This document shows positions 51,341-63,825 of a DNA stretch of 64,000 nt, piece after piece. A program made the translations under genes and the position numbers. The notes beneath the pieces are model-generated. The model made no database searches. It saw only the letters and a program-made list of their open reading frames with translations, and was not told where the DNA came from. Numbering within the stretch: the first letter of the stretch is position 1; each line of letters starts with the position of its first letter. Origin of the DNA: Octopus sinensis (taxonomy: Eukaryota); NCBI RefSeq assembly GCF_006345805.1, contig NC_043000.1:34224001-34288000 (forward strand). Reading direction: 5' to 3'.

Positions 51341-52499
51341 TCATCTAATTGTATATATCTATCGTTACTTTTCATAAAAAGCCTTTACTTTTTTTTATTT
51401 CCAATGTGCATTTTCGCTTATTTTTCTTCTTACTCCCACCCCGCCTATATTTATATATATATGGAAAAAAGTCAAGGCAGAAAATGCTAAAATAATTTTA
51501 TAAAAAATATTTCAGTACTAGTTTCGGTCATTAAGACATTTTCAACTGTAAGTATGGAAAACTATTAAATTTTGGAAAAATTAAATGAAAAGTTTTTAAA
51601 AGAATATTTGCATAGTGTTCAAATACAAGTGGCATTTTCCTTGTTTCTGCCTGTCTGTCTCTCTTGTTTACTCTTGTGGGTTCGAGGTCATTGTGAATTC
51701 TTGGCAGAGAAGAAGAAGAAGAAGAAGAAGAAGAAGAAGAAGAAGAAGAAGAAGAAGAATGCGAGATTGCTATGATAGTAGTAGGATGCTGAATGGTCAA
51801 TTTTCCTGAAAGTGACTTGTTGTGGATGGTTCTAGTACTCTCGCATTCTTCTTCTTCTTCTTCTTCTTCTTCTTCTTCTTCTTCTTCTTCTTCTTCTTCT
51901 TCCTTTTTTCTACAAAAAATTTACAACGACCTCTAACCTACAATTTAATTGTTTCCATACTTACAGTCGAAAAAGTCTCAATGACCGAAACCGGTACTAA
52001 AATGGTTTCCATAAACCATATATTTTCTTCCTTCCAGTTGTAGAGAGGTTATGTGCCTCCGGCCATTTGAGCCTCAAGAGTTGTTTGCACAGCTAAGCGC
52101 TTTATTGGTGTGAAACCAATGGTCGCTCTCTGACTAGCCATAATAAACAACTCCCTAAATATTTTACTGCTCTAGTGTTTTAAAGTGTGCTTCTGTTTCG
52201 GATATATGAAATACTGATCACACACACACACACACACACACATAATTTAATATACACCGTATAAAAATACGAGCTACAAATAGTTTCATGCATTGAAGAC
52301 GTGAATCTAGGCAGAGTTTTATAACATGTCACCAAGCAATCTCAGGCTCTGAACCCGTGACCTATTCAATTTACACACCAGGATAGATGCTATTCGTGCG
52401 CTTAATACTGTCAGTAGCTTGTATCTTTACAGTGTATACATTAAGGGATATTTACTATTGGCGTCATTAGAATTTATAAAGTTTTGAGTGAACGTGGAA

Positions 52500-52697
52500 T
52501 AATTCTTTTTTGGAATTGGTTCTCGAAGTACATATAAAGCTATAAATAATAGCAGTAAAATATTGGAAAAGTGGGTTCGAATGCCACGAGCAGCCATCGA
52601 TTATTTCTATTCAAAAGGGTTTTCTCAGCCCAATATTAATTTCCATGTTATTTATTGCCTTATATGTTCTTCAAGAACCAATTCCAAAAAAGAATTA
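52500..52697. mobile_element. MITE-like element with ~40-bp terminal inverted repeats
   Basis: taattctttttggaattggttctcgaagtacatataaagc versus gccttatatgttcttcaagaaccaattccaaaaaagaatta. Confidence 0.6.
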
Positions 52698-54510
52698 CAC
52701 ACGCACACACACACACACACAATATACACACATATATATAAATACAAACAGTAAAAATACACACATACAGAAAACATATATACACACTATATAAGTACAT
52801 ACACAGTAAATACAAACACACAAACACACACACAAATCGGTTCAATGGTTACATCGAAATGTTTTATTAAAATATTTCAAAATATTCAAAATATTTAATA
52901 TATTATTTAGTTTTTCTAAAAATAGTTTTTAAAAGTTTTTTTTAAGGAATTTCAAAATCTATTTCGTAAATTCTAGTCGTTTTCCTTGTTTCCCCCCATT
53001 TATTAATTTATTTGTCTTATAATAAGCGTGAGTTTGTGGTGTATATATGTGTGTGTGTGTGTATTTGGCTTAGGCATAGCAATGCTAATAACCTGAAATA
53101 CTGTCGAAGTTATTGGGTGATAAATAATCACTCAACTATAAGTACATTGCATCTTATAGCAGATTTCTTGTCCCCTTCTCATTTATTTAAACACACACAC
53201 ACACATATTAGAAACCCGCACACATAAACACATACATACATAGATACGTACATACATACATACATGCATATATATATATATATATTAATTGTCAGAGTTG
53301 CCATTAGAGCGATGGAATAATTCTTTGAGAAATTTTTTCTAACTCCTCATGTTGTACTTCAAAACCTATTCATGTCAAACTTGTTTTTCAGCTTTCTGGG
53401 ACGATAAAGGAGAGTACCAAGCAAGTACTAGGCTAGCGGCAATGTAATTTACAAAACGCTCCCATCAAAATTATTGAGCTGTATATTTCAGAAACAAATA
53501 TACAATTCTCTATTTTTGAAATGAAAAATTTATATTCTTTTCTACTCTAGGTACAAGGCCTGAAATGTTTAAGGGAGGGAGCCAGTCGAAAAGATAAAAG
53601 GCAAAGTCGACCTCGACGGAATTTGAACTCAGAACGTAAAGACAGACGGATGAGAAATTTATATTTTGTGTACTGTTTATATTAGTTGAACTTGTGTCCT
53701 CATCTTGACTGTTGCTTTCACTACGTTTTGGTACAGAGCCAACACAAAACACGAATGGAAGTTTATAAACCTTAAAAATGCAGTCTGTCACTGCCAACGG
53801 GCAAAGCGTAGTGGATAAAGGCATTTGGTTAATGCAGTGAAGTCACCTAGAAATCCTGAGGTCAATCCCAGGCAAGGGATTGAACTCAGAGGAAGATCGA
53901 CTTGAGCTTTGCCACGAAGCTGTTTCGATCCATGTAAGTCGCTCACATAAAAGTGGGGGATCGTATGACATCTCTCGGACCATCTACTGTTCACAAATTG
54001 ACCGAGAAGATGCGGAATAATACGTCAGTTTCCTGAGCTGTTTGTAAGATTTCACACTAAATATGCCATTTAACTATAACTCTTTGGAATTGTCACATCT
54101 CGAACTCCTGTCCATGTTTTTCCTGGTGATGCAGACTTACAGCTAACCGAGCATGCGCAGTCTTTCCTATCTCGCTGGACTGTAAACTTCGCACGTCTTC
54201 TTTTCCGTTGGTTAACTCATAAAATAAAATGGCGTCTGTGAAAACGCATGATGGGTGGCAATATACAAACAACTGAAGGAAGAGGAGTTACCTTAGAATT
54301 TACCTTTTCATATATAAAGGGGCAAGAATTATGGGTAGAAGAGAATGGACTCTGAAGAGGAAGTTATTTTGCCGTTCTTTCATTGCTGAAATTGATCGAT
54401 GAGTCTCTAATTTTCAAACATCGATCTATAAATTACTTTTATCTATTTCTGACTGTGTGTGTAACAGAGGCTATAGATATATGTTTCGTGGTACAATAAT
54501 ACTCGTAGTC

Positions 54511-54897
54511 GTGGCACTCCGTCAGTTACGACGACGGGGGTTCCAGTTGATCCGATCAACGGAACAGCCTGCTCGTGAAATTAACGTGCAAGTGGCTGAG
54601 CACACCACAGACACGTGTACCTTTAACATACTTCTCGGGGAGATTCACCGTGACATGGAGTGTGTTACAAGGCTGCCCCCTTTGAAAATACAGGTACAAC
54701 AGAAACAGGAAGAAAGAGTGAGAGAAAGTTGTGGTGAAAGAGTACGGCAGGGTTTGCCACCGCTCCCTGCCGGAGTTTCGTGGAGCTTTAGGTGTTTTCG
54801 CTCAATAAAAATTCACAACGTCCTATCTGGAAATCGAAACCGCGATCCCACGACCGCAAGTCCGCCGCCCTAACCACTGGGCCATTGCGCCTCCACA
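54511..54897 (-). mobile_element. SINE family A1 between two ~200-bp direct repeats
   Basis: Full-length reverse complement of A1; flanks 54302-54503 and 54897-55105. Confidence 0.9.
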
Positions 54898-56189
54898 CCT
54901 TTTCATATAAAGAGCCAAGAATTATGAGTCGAAGAGAATGCACACTGAAGAGGAAGTTATTATTATGCTTTTCTTTCATTGCTGAAATTGATCGATGATT
55001 CTCTAATTTTCAATCATCGATCTATAAATTACTGGTATTTATTTCTGACTGTGTGTATAACATCGGCTATATATATATATATATATTCCATAGTACAATA
55101 ATACTATTAACGTTAAAGTACAATTTTTACAAAGACAGTCTTCGATTCTATGATATCAGGAAACATTTCACAAGTTCCAAACGCAACACTCCTTCTTAAA
55201 GAAATCTCTCCATAGAAAAACAAAAAAAGTCTTTTGTTTGAAAATGTATCCAGTTCCAGTCCAAACATCAATCATTATAAGAGAAAAGGTTGTGAGTGAG
55301 AGAATCAATAAAGATACAAACAAGATGATTTGTGATATTTACTTGACTACATTTATGTTCCGAGTTCAAATCCTGCCGAGGTCACCTTTGCCTTTTACGG
55401 TTGTTGTTGTCGTTGTTGCTGGACCCTTTCTCACAGTATGTGGCTATGTGTCAGTGTAAGAAATCCCTATAAATTATTTTAAGAGAAACCATTTCTAGGA
55501 ACAGTCATTTCATGCTGGAGTCTAAACATACGCTCACAGTCAGAAGTGCAAGACTTAGCAAACATAAAAATTACTGATGTATTATCGTGGTTTGTTTTTG
55601 ATACCAGCATGTACGACAGAACAAAACAACACTGTGTATAAGTTAATTAATGTTAATTAATTTTAATTAATTTACACACGCAATGTTGGTTTAAATCCAT
55701 AGATTTATTCTGCAGCGCATCATCGCATTAGAAGTTAACATTGCTGGTGTGCTCGTAATTTATCAAACGAACTAGCTGCATCATTTATGTAAATTGGTGT
55801 TAGCAGTTTTAAAAAAGCTCTAGAAGCGAGAAATACGATATTACTGTGGACATTCAGAGGAAGGGAGTCAATAACTGATGAAAAGATTAAGGTAAGATGG
55901 TCCCCAAAATGTATAAATATAGGCATGACTGCGTTGGTAAAAGAGTGTATTGAGATGTTAACTAAGTTTATGGATTCGGAATAACAAACAAGTGGTATGA
56001 ATACAAGCCAGAGGCTGAGATGGATTTTATGGTATTAGAAGATTAATCTCAGCAAAGATTAAAACTGATCCCGCTTTTTCTCTGATGAGATTGTATGAAA
56101 AAGAGAATTACTATTGTTCAATGTGTTTAATTAAATTTAATTAATCAACAAATGTAGTGTTGATTGAAACCCATAAGTTTATTTTATAG

Positions 56190-56570
56190 TGCAACATTCG
56201 TCCGTTCGTTCGTCGTTGTCGACGATGATTAAGGATATCACATGAGAGAAGAAGACGAGAAATGGTGTATCCGGCTGTGGCCAATCAGTCCTAAGCGTGC
56301 TCGGAAAGCTCTGCCGCAGATCGGTCACTGGTGGTTGGTTGGTTCGGGACTCGCATAGTTCACGTTTTCTTTGTGCGCCTGCAATCGTGTTCTGTTCGTA
56401 AGCGGTGGGATCCCTGTTGATGCAGCTTCGCCAGGCGGGGCGGTCTTGCATTTGCGTTTCCCAGGTGTCGGGGCTGATCCTGAATCATTTCAGTGAGGCT
56501 TTGAGTATGTCCCCGAAGCGCTTTTTCTGTCCACCTTGGGTGCACTTGTCTCCCTCCAGTTCAGTTCCCT
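56190..56570 (-). mobile_element. RTE/BovB LINE 3' end
   Basis: GGQKKRFGDILKASLK.FRISPDTWETQMQDRPAWRSCI...YEQNTIAGAQRKREL. Confidence 0.85.
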
Positions 56571-57291
56571 GTGAAACAGTTTCTTTAGAATCTCATAAAC
56601 GTACAAGGCATTATACCGATGTGATGTGTCTAAAGCTTGAGCAAAGTGCGACTCGGTGTGGCGCAATTATAGAATTAATAGCGATTGGTCTCTGCAGTCA
56701 ATTTATTTTAAGAAGATTACTTTTCATTAAGTCGGGTTATTTTTCCATTAATTGGATAAATGACATCAACATTAATTAAGATACACTGAAGCACACTTAC
56801 AATGATTCAAACGTTTACAGTAAACTCTGGATAAATACTAAGACGAGGCTCAAGTCAAATCCAACAAGCACTCAAGGTGAATTGGTTCTCTTCTTGTCGA
56901 CCTCTCAGGGACGACCCATAACAGCTAAAGCAATACCACCGGAAAACGATGGCGATCGTCATGCTGGTGGTGGCGATGAGTAGGAGGAGGAGAAGAAGAA
57001 AAAGGAGGAGGAGAAGGAGGAAACTATTGATGATAATGCTAACAGTGGTAATTATGCTATTTTCCCATTGATGCAAAGATGAATTTCTAATGTCGGGATA
57101 CATTTGGTTAAATCTTGTTTTATGTTATCCTCCCTTGAGGGATGAAAGATGAGGTGGGACCCGACAAAATCTGAAGTCAAGATGTGAGAAGGTGAGAACA
57201 AATGCGGCAAGGCATGTTGTCTTTTGCATAATAATAATAATAATAATAACAATAACAATAATAATAATAATAATAACAATAAAACCCCAAA

Positions 57292-57545
57292 ATGGCAGAA
57301 ATTCAAAAGATAGTGTTCATGGGAACTACCCATATCCTACGCAAAATACTTTCTCTGTAATCGCAAGTTTTAAAACATAATTTTCTTATGGTTTCTTAAA
57401 CATTCTCTAGAACAACACTATGTACAAAACCAAATATATGACACCCTCGGCATAATACCAACATAAACTTCTAACTTGTTTCTTGAGATCTCTGGGTGGG
57501 ACCTGGAGTCAACTTGTACAAATACAAAGCAAAAGTCAAACATAT
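57292..57545 (+). mobile_element. R4/Dong extreme 3' end (third subfamily) within TAA repeats
   Basis: AEIQKIVFMGTTHILRKILSL-stop plus UTR; (TAA)n on both sides. Confidence 0.7.
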
Positions 57546-57576
57546 AATAAAAATAATAATAATAATAATAATAATA

Positions 57577-57614
<38 letters not shown>

Positions 57615-57621
57615 GATTGAA

Positions 57622-58001
57622 GCACTCCGTCGGTTACGACGACGAGGGTTCCGGTTGATCCGAATCAACGGAACAGCCTGTTCGTGAAATTAACGTGTAA
57701 GTGGCTGAGCACTCCACAGACACGTGTACCCTTAACATAGTTCTCGGGGATATTCAGCGTGATACAGAGAGTGACAAGGCCGGCCCTTTGAAACACAGAT
57801 ACAACAGAAACAGGAAGTAAGAGTGAGAGAAAGTTGTGGTGAAAGAGTACAGCAGGGATCACCACCATCCCCTGCCGGAGCCTCGTGGAGCTTTAGGTGT
57901 TTTCGCTTAATAAACACTCACAACACCCGGTCTGGGAATCGAAACCACGATCCTATGACCGCGAGACCGCTGCCCTAACCACCGGGCCATTGTGCCTCCA
58001 C
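57622..58001 (-). mobile_element. SINE family A1 within TAA repeats
   Basis: Full-length reverse complement of A1. Confidence 0.9.
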
Positions 58002-58013
58002 TAATAATAATAA

Positions 58014-58132
58014 TACAGTAACCATCAATACAGTAATACAATAACTATCAAAGCGTCACAACAAACCACAGCACATAACCAAGGCTGCGATCGGTAATGA
58101 AGTGAAAGCACGATATGAAAATAAAACTACTC
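58014..58132 (+). mobile_element. R4/Dong 3' UTR stub
   Basis: Matches 6550-6660 (acaaaccacagcac...gaagtgaaag.acgatat.aaaataaaactact). Confidence 0.75.
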
Positions 58133-58185
<53 letters not shown>

Positions 58186-58267
58186 TAATAATAATAATAA
58201 ATAATAATAATAATGATAATAATATAATAATAATAATAAATAATAATAGTAATAATAATAATAATAA

Positions 58268-58300
<33 letters not shown>

Positions 58301-58345
58301 TATAATAATAATAATAGTAATAGTAATAATAATAATAATAAAATG

Positions 58346-58379
<34 letters not shown>

Positions 58380-58499
58380 TAATAATAATGATAATAATAA
58401 TGATAATAATAATAATAACAATAATAATGATAATAATATGATAATAATAATAATAATAAATAATAATAATAATAAATAATAATAGTAATAATGATAATA

Positions 58500-58530
<31 letters not shown>

Positions 58531-58738
58531 TAATGATAATAATAATAATAATGATAATAATAATATAATAATAATAATAGTAATAATAATAATAATAATG
58601 ATAATAATAATAATAATAATAATAATGATAATAATAATGATAATAATAATGATAATAATAATAATAACAATAATAATGATAATAATAATGATAATAATAA
58701 TAATAATAATAATAAATAATAATAATAATAATAATAAT

Positions 58739-58784
<46 letters not shown>

Positions 58785-58848
58785 TAATAATATAATGATA
58801 ATAATAATGATAATAATAATAATAATAATAATAATAGTAATAATAATA

Positions 58849-58894
<46 letters not shown>

Positions 58895-58905
58895 TAATAA
58901 TAATG

Positions 58906-58955
<50 letters not shown>

Positions 58956-58980
58956 TAATAATAATAATAATAATAATAAG

Positions 58981-59020
<40 letters not shown>

Positions 59021-59048
59021 TAATAATAATAATGATGATAATAATAAT
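58133..59048. repeat. ~915-bp (TAA)n/(TGA) microsatellite
   Basis: Direct reading. Confidence 0.95.
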
Positions 59049-59128
59049 GATTTCATTTATCTGTCACAAGGGCGAAGGATGAGGAGGACAATACAGAGAC
59101 AGACGTAAAGTGTAGGGGTTTACATAAA
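59049..59128 (-). mobile_element. Tx1 3' UTR stub
   Basis: Reverse complement similar to 4005-4082 and to 48678-48750. Confidence 0.7.
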
Positions 59129-59442
59129 ATAATGAAATGATTAAAAAAGTATAAATAAAGTATACGCTGTATACACTGAAAAAGAAGGGATATATGCATG
59201 ACATACATAGGTAACAAAAAAATGGCGGGCAGAACAACAACACTTGTATTTGTATTCAGGTTGCCTCTACCCTAATAATGAAATCGCTCCTTCTTTAGTT
59301 ATTTCTGCATGCATATATAAACGAACACACACATATATGTATAATGTATATATATATATATGTGTGTCTATGCACACATTTTTATATTTTATATTTTTAT
59401 ATTTATATGTAAAATTTTTTTCACACTTATATTAAATTAAAT

Positions 59443-59553
59443 TCTCTGAAGAGGCCGTGGGACATCCTTGTTAATGTCTCATTTATACCTGCCTTATATG
59501 GCTTATAGGTTAAATGAGGTATACTTGTCCTCACGGCCGAAACAGCTGTCAGA
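59443..59553 (+). ncRNA. Canonical-core type I hammerhead with long helix II
   Basis: TCT-CTGAAGA-GGCCGTG(GGACA...TGTCC)T-CACGGCC-GAA-ACAGCTGT-C-AGA; GUC triplet; palindromic helix III. Confidence 0.8.
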
Positions 59554-59904
59554 TATGATGTAATTGTATTTTATATTTCTATATCCTTGTCTAATTATAT
59601 TTACAATATATTTTGTATAATGTCTTTGCTGTTATGTAATGGTGTAATAAAGTATTGATTGGGTATTATCTGATGGTTGATGTTTGATTGATTTAAGTAT
59701 GTTTCTCCATTTTCTAATTTTGCATTATTATTAATTTATGGTAATATTTTTACCTTTGCCCACATAATACAGTAGATGAATTAATTGCATGGCAATTTTT
59801 AACATTTATGTATTAGTCTTGTTGGGTACCTCTCTAGCAGTATATTGGATATATGTTATCCCATGGTGGGTTGAATTTTCAACCCCTATCTCATTTTATA
59901 ACTG

Positions 59905-59906
59905 AA

Positions 59907-59945
<39 letters not shown>

Positions 59946-60046
59946 ATATATATACCTACCTACTTATATATATATACATACTCAAATATACTTACATACA
60001 TACATGCATACGTGCATTCATACACACACACACACACACTCATATA

Positions 60047-60094
<48 letters not shown>

Positions 60095-60405
60095 TATACA
60101 TACATGCACACACACATATATATACATACACACACATACATACATACATACATGCGTATATATATATATATGTGTGTGTGTGAGTGTGTGTGTGTGTGAA
60201 TGTAAGTATGTATGTAAGTATGTATGTATGTGTATATATGTATATGTACCTGTGCAATACGGGGTGTCTATACGATCACTGGTATTGTTTATGCGGTCGT
60301 TGTTGTTGTTTTCGTTGTTATTGCAGCTGTTGCAATACGTTCGATACAGAACAATTTTTGCTGTTGTTGTTGTTGTTGTTGTTGATGATGTTCTTGTCTG
60401 ATGCT

Positions 60406-60451
<46 letters not shown>

Positions 60452-61300
60452 GCAACCTCACCACGAACACACGCAACACACACACACACACACACACCCA
60501 TCTCTTGCAGTTGTTATTGTTGCCATTTCTCACAACACAGCTGCTTTAATATCAATGCTTTTGCTGTGTCTGTTGTTGTTGTTGTTGCTGTTGGTGTCGT
60601 TGATGATGTCTCTTAGTAAAAGCTGCCTTCCTTCAATTTATTGACGATGATGATGATGATGAGAAGGAATATGGTGGCGGCAAGTGATGGCGATGGTGCT
60701 GCTGATATTTCTTAACCAAATTCTTTATTGTTTATACCATTGTTGTTATTTCGATATCTTGGTTGTTGTTGTTGTTGGTGGTGGTGGTGCTGCTGTTGTT
60801 GTTGTTGTTGTTGTTGTTGTTACAGAGTTGTTTTGGAGGAATCTACGTTTGCTGCTGTTGCTGCTGTTGCTGCTGTTGCTGTTGTTGTTGTTGCTCCTGT
60901 TGCTGTTGTTGCTACTGTTGTTGTTTATTTTGCTGCTGTTGCTGTTGTTATTGTTGCTGTTGTTGTTGTTGTTGCTGCTGCTGCGGCTGTTACATTTCTT
61001 CCTGTTATTATTGTCGCCTTTGACGTTTATTTTCGTTTGTTTCCCGTCTTTTTCTTATTTTTTTTTAGCTTTTGATGTTTCTTTTCCTGACGTTGTTATT
61101 GTTGTTGCTGCTGCTGCTGCTGCTTCAGATGTTGATGTTTTTCCTTGTTCATACCGCCATTATTGTTGCTGTTGTTGCTGTTGTTGTCTCTCTAAATATT
61201 GTAGTTGTTATAAATCCTGTTTAACTGGGTCGGTTAGCGACCACCACCACCACCATCACCACCGCCGCCACCGCCGCCACCACCACCACCACCAGTAAGA
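59905..61300. repeat. Compound TA/CA/TG and GTT/CAA/GCT/CAC low-complexity blocks
   Basis: Direct reading. Confidence 0.8.
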
Positions 61301-61741
61301 ACAACGACTCCACCAAATATTCTTCGAATGGACATAAAACACACACACATGCAGAAAAATGTCCTTACACAGGCGCATACATAATATACACATTTCGCAA
61401 ACACTCTCCCTTCTACACACAACTTTTCGTACGAATTCGTATACTCATAACCCTATTCGCACATATTTCATATATCACAGATGTATATGTACAGACAGAT
61501 ATTGGTGTGTATGTGTATGCACATGCATACATGCATACATATATTCTTTATATAAATTTATACAAGAAAGTGGAATAAACAGGATTTTATTACAAAATAC
61601 AACAATTGTTTCTGTGCTGTGGCAGCAGTTGTTAGTAGCTGATTTTTCAGTCTCATATCATTACATAAATTATTTTATAGACAAGGAGACTTCTTCAAGG
61701 AGGTTGCTTTAAAAGCACTACTAGATCACGTTCATTTTGCC

Positions 61742-61860
<119 letters not shown>

Positions 61861-61918
61861 GTATAAAATAGCAAAGGGTGAAATTAATTAATTAAGAAGT
61901 AATCAGTAATTTCACCAA

Positions 61919-62085
61919 GTATATTAAATTTGAAGGCACTGGAAAATATCTTTACACCTAACGGTATCAGAGAGATCATATTCCGTGCTAGTGCCGCCAA
62001 ATTCAAACGGCACTAGCACGGAATATGATCTCTCTGATACCGTTAGGTGTAAAAATATTTTCCAGTGCCTTCAAATTTAATATAC
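61919..62085. mobile_element. Near-perfect palindrome, 78-bp arms, 11-nt loop
   Basis: 61919-61996 versus 62008-62085, one mismatch by eye. Confidence 0.9.
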
Positions 62086-62106
62086 AATTATTTATAATTG
62101 AGGAAT

Positions 62107-62199
62107 CCTACGCTGAAGAGACGAAAATAGTCGGGTAAGGTATAATTATTTATTATCTATGCTTTATACTGACTTAATTCCGAAACGTACGTCTGTAGG
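62107..62199 (+). ncRNA. Type I hammerhead with long, partly decayed helix II
   Basis: CCTACG-CTGAAGA-G...C-GAA-ACGTACGT-C-TGTAGG; helix I 6 bp (one G-U); GUC triplet. Confidence 0.65.
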
Positions 62200-62436
62200 T
62201 AACCTAATATAGAATGATTTTCGTAATTTTTTCCCTTTTGCCCGCGTAGTTTGTTTTCAAGTGCTTTGGTTTTTCTGGGAACTCCCTTTAAAGTAGAAGG
62301 AATAGCAAAGATTTTTTGACTGCTATTTCTAAACTTCGGTATGTGGTGAAGCAAATCGTTGCTGAACCCTAATTATATAGTATGTATGTATATATATGTA
62401 TGTATATACATACATACATACATATATATATATAAT

Positions 62437-62468
<32 letters not shown>

Positions 62469-62500
62469 CACACATTAAGTATAGGATATATATATATATA

Positions 62501-62845
62501 TACACATTAAGTATAGGATATCATCAACGAGTGAAAAATTACATGAACACACAGAGATAAGAACAAGACAAAGTCTAATTACTCTTCGGTTGTCGACTGT
62601 TTATTACTAGCTGTTTCGAGCTTTCAACGACAAGACAGGAAAATTTACTCTGGTGTCGTTTGTTCGTTCGAAGCCCTAACTCTCCGTAAATTTTTCTGTC
62701 TTGTCGATGAAAGATTGAAACAGGTAGTAAATAAACAGTCGACAACTGAGAATGAGTTAGACTTCCTGTGGTATTTTGTCCTGTACTTATCTTTGTGTGT
62801 TTATGTATTTTTCACTCGTTGGTGATAACCTATACTTAATGTGTA
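62501..62845. mobile_element. Degenerate fold-back element with TA ends
   Basis: tacacattaagtatagg... versus ...cctatacttaatgtgta; internal gttgtcgactgtttatt / aataaacagtcgacaac pair; left terminus tandemly duplicated at ~62468-62490. Confidence 0.75.
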
Positions 62846-63451
62846 TTTTTAATTATTTATAATTGAACGCTACGCAGCCTTTGTCAGCAGTAAGTTTTTA
62901 CACACACACACAAACGCGCACACAAACACATTCTTTTATTCTTATATATATATAAATCTTTAGGTAAATATATTCAATAAGAATATTATATACTGAATTT
63001 ATATTGAGTGCTCCATTGTATAAAAATATTAATACTATTAGAGTATTTATATATTTAATACGAGCGATATATACATATATTTTTAATAATATATTATTAT
63101 TATTAATATAAGGAAATCAATATTGAACTCATCATAAAGATATACCCGTGTGAAAGACCTTATTGTATTAAAAATATATATTAGTAAATAAAAAAAAAAT
63201 AAATATAATGTATAATGTCTTGTCTCATAGGAAGCTAGTATTTTAAGGACATATTTGAAATAGCAATATGAGTGATATCTTCCACACTTGTATCACACAA
63301 TCAACAATTTCTATCTCAGTTTGGAATTAAAAGTTTATTAGTTGTTATTTATTCTTTCTGGACTGCAAATATGTAATTTTCACGGTAAGATATGATGTCC
63401 TTATCACGGGTTCATAAGAAGCTACTATTCCTGTCAATATTTCTGCTATTC

Positions 63452-63825
63452 CCGGGCGGAATGCCTAGCGGTATTTCGTCTGCCGTTACGTTGTGAATTC
63501 AAATTCCGCCAAGGTCGACTTTGCCTTTCATCTTTTCGGGGTCGATAAATTAAGTACCAGTTACGCACTGGGGTCGATGTAATCGACTTAATCCGTTTGT
63601 TTGTCTTTGTTTGTCCTCTCTGTGTTTAGCGCCCCTTGTGGATAGTACAGAAATAGGTATTTCGTCTGTCTTTACATTCTGAGTTCAAATTACGCCGAGG
63701 TCGACTTTGCCTTTCATCTTTTCGGGGTCGATGAATTAAGTACCAGTTACGTACTGGGGTCGATCTAATCGACTGGCCCCCTCCCCCAAAATTTCAGGTC
63801 TTGTGTCTAGAGTAGAAAAAAATAT
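63452..63825 (+). mobile_element. SINE family B dimer
   Basis: ggtatttcgtctg..gttcaaatt..gaggtcgactttgcctttcatcttttcggggtcgat occurs twice (~63470 and ~63655). Confidence 0.85.

Noticed and set aside
58127-59056. 309-aa minus-strand ORF, and similar 100-220 aa ORFs at 7915, 14338-15038, 44155, 45431 and 60684
   Set aside because: These are translations of microsatellites (poly-L/I/Y, alternating HT/YI/VC) and are not genes.
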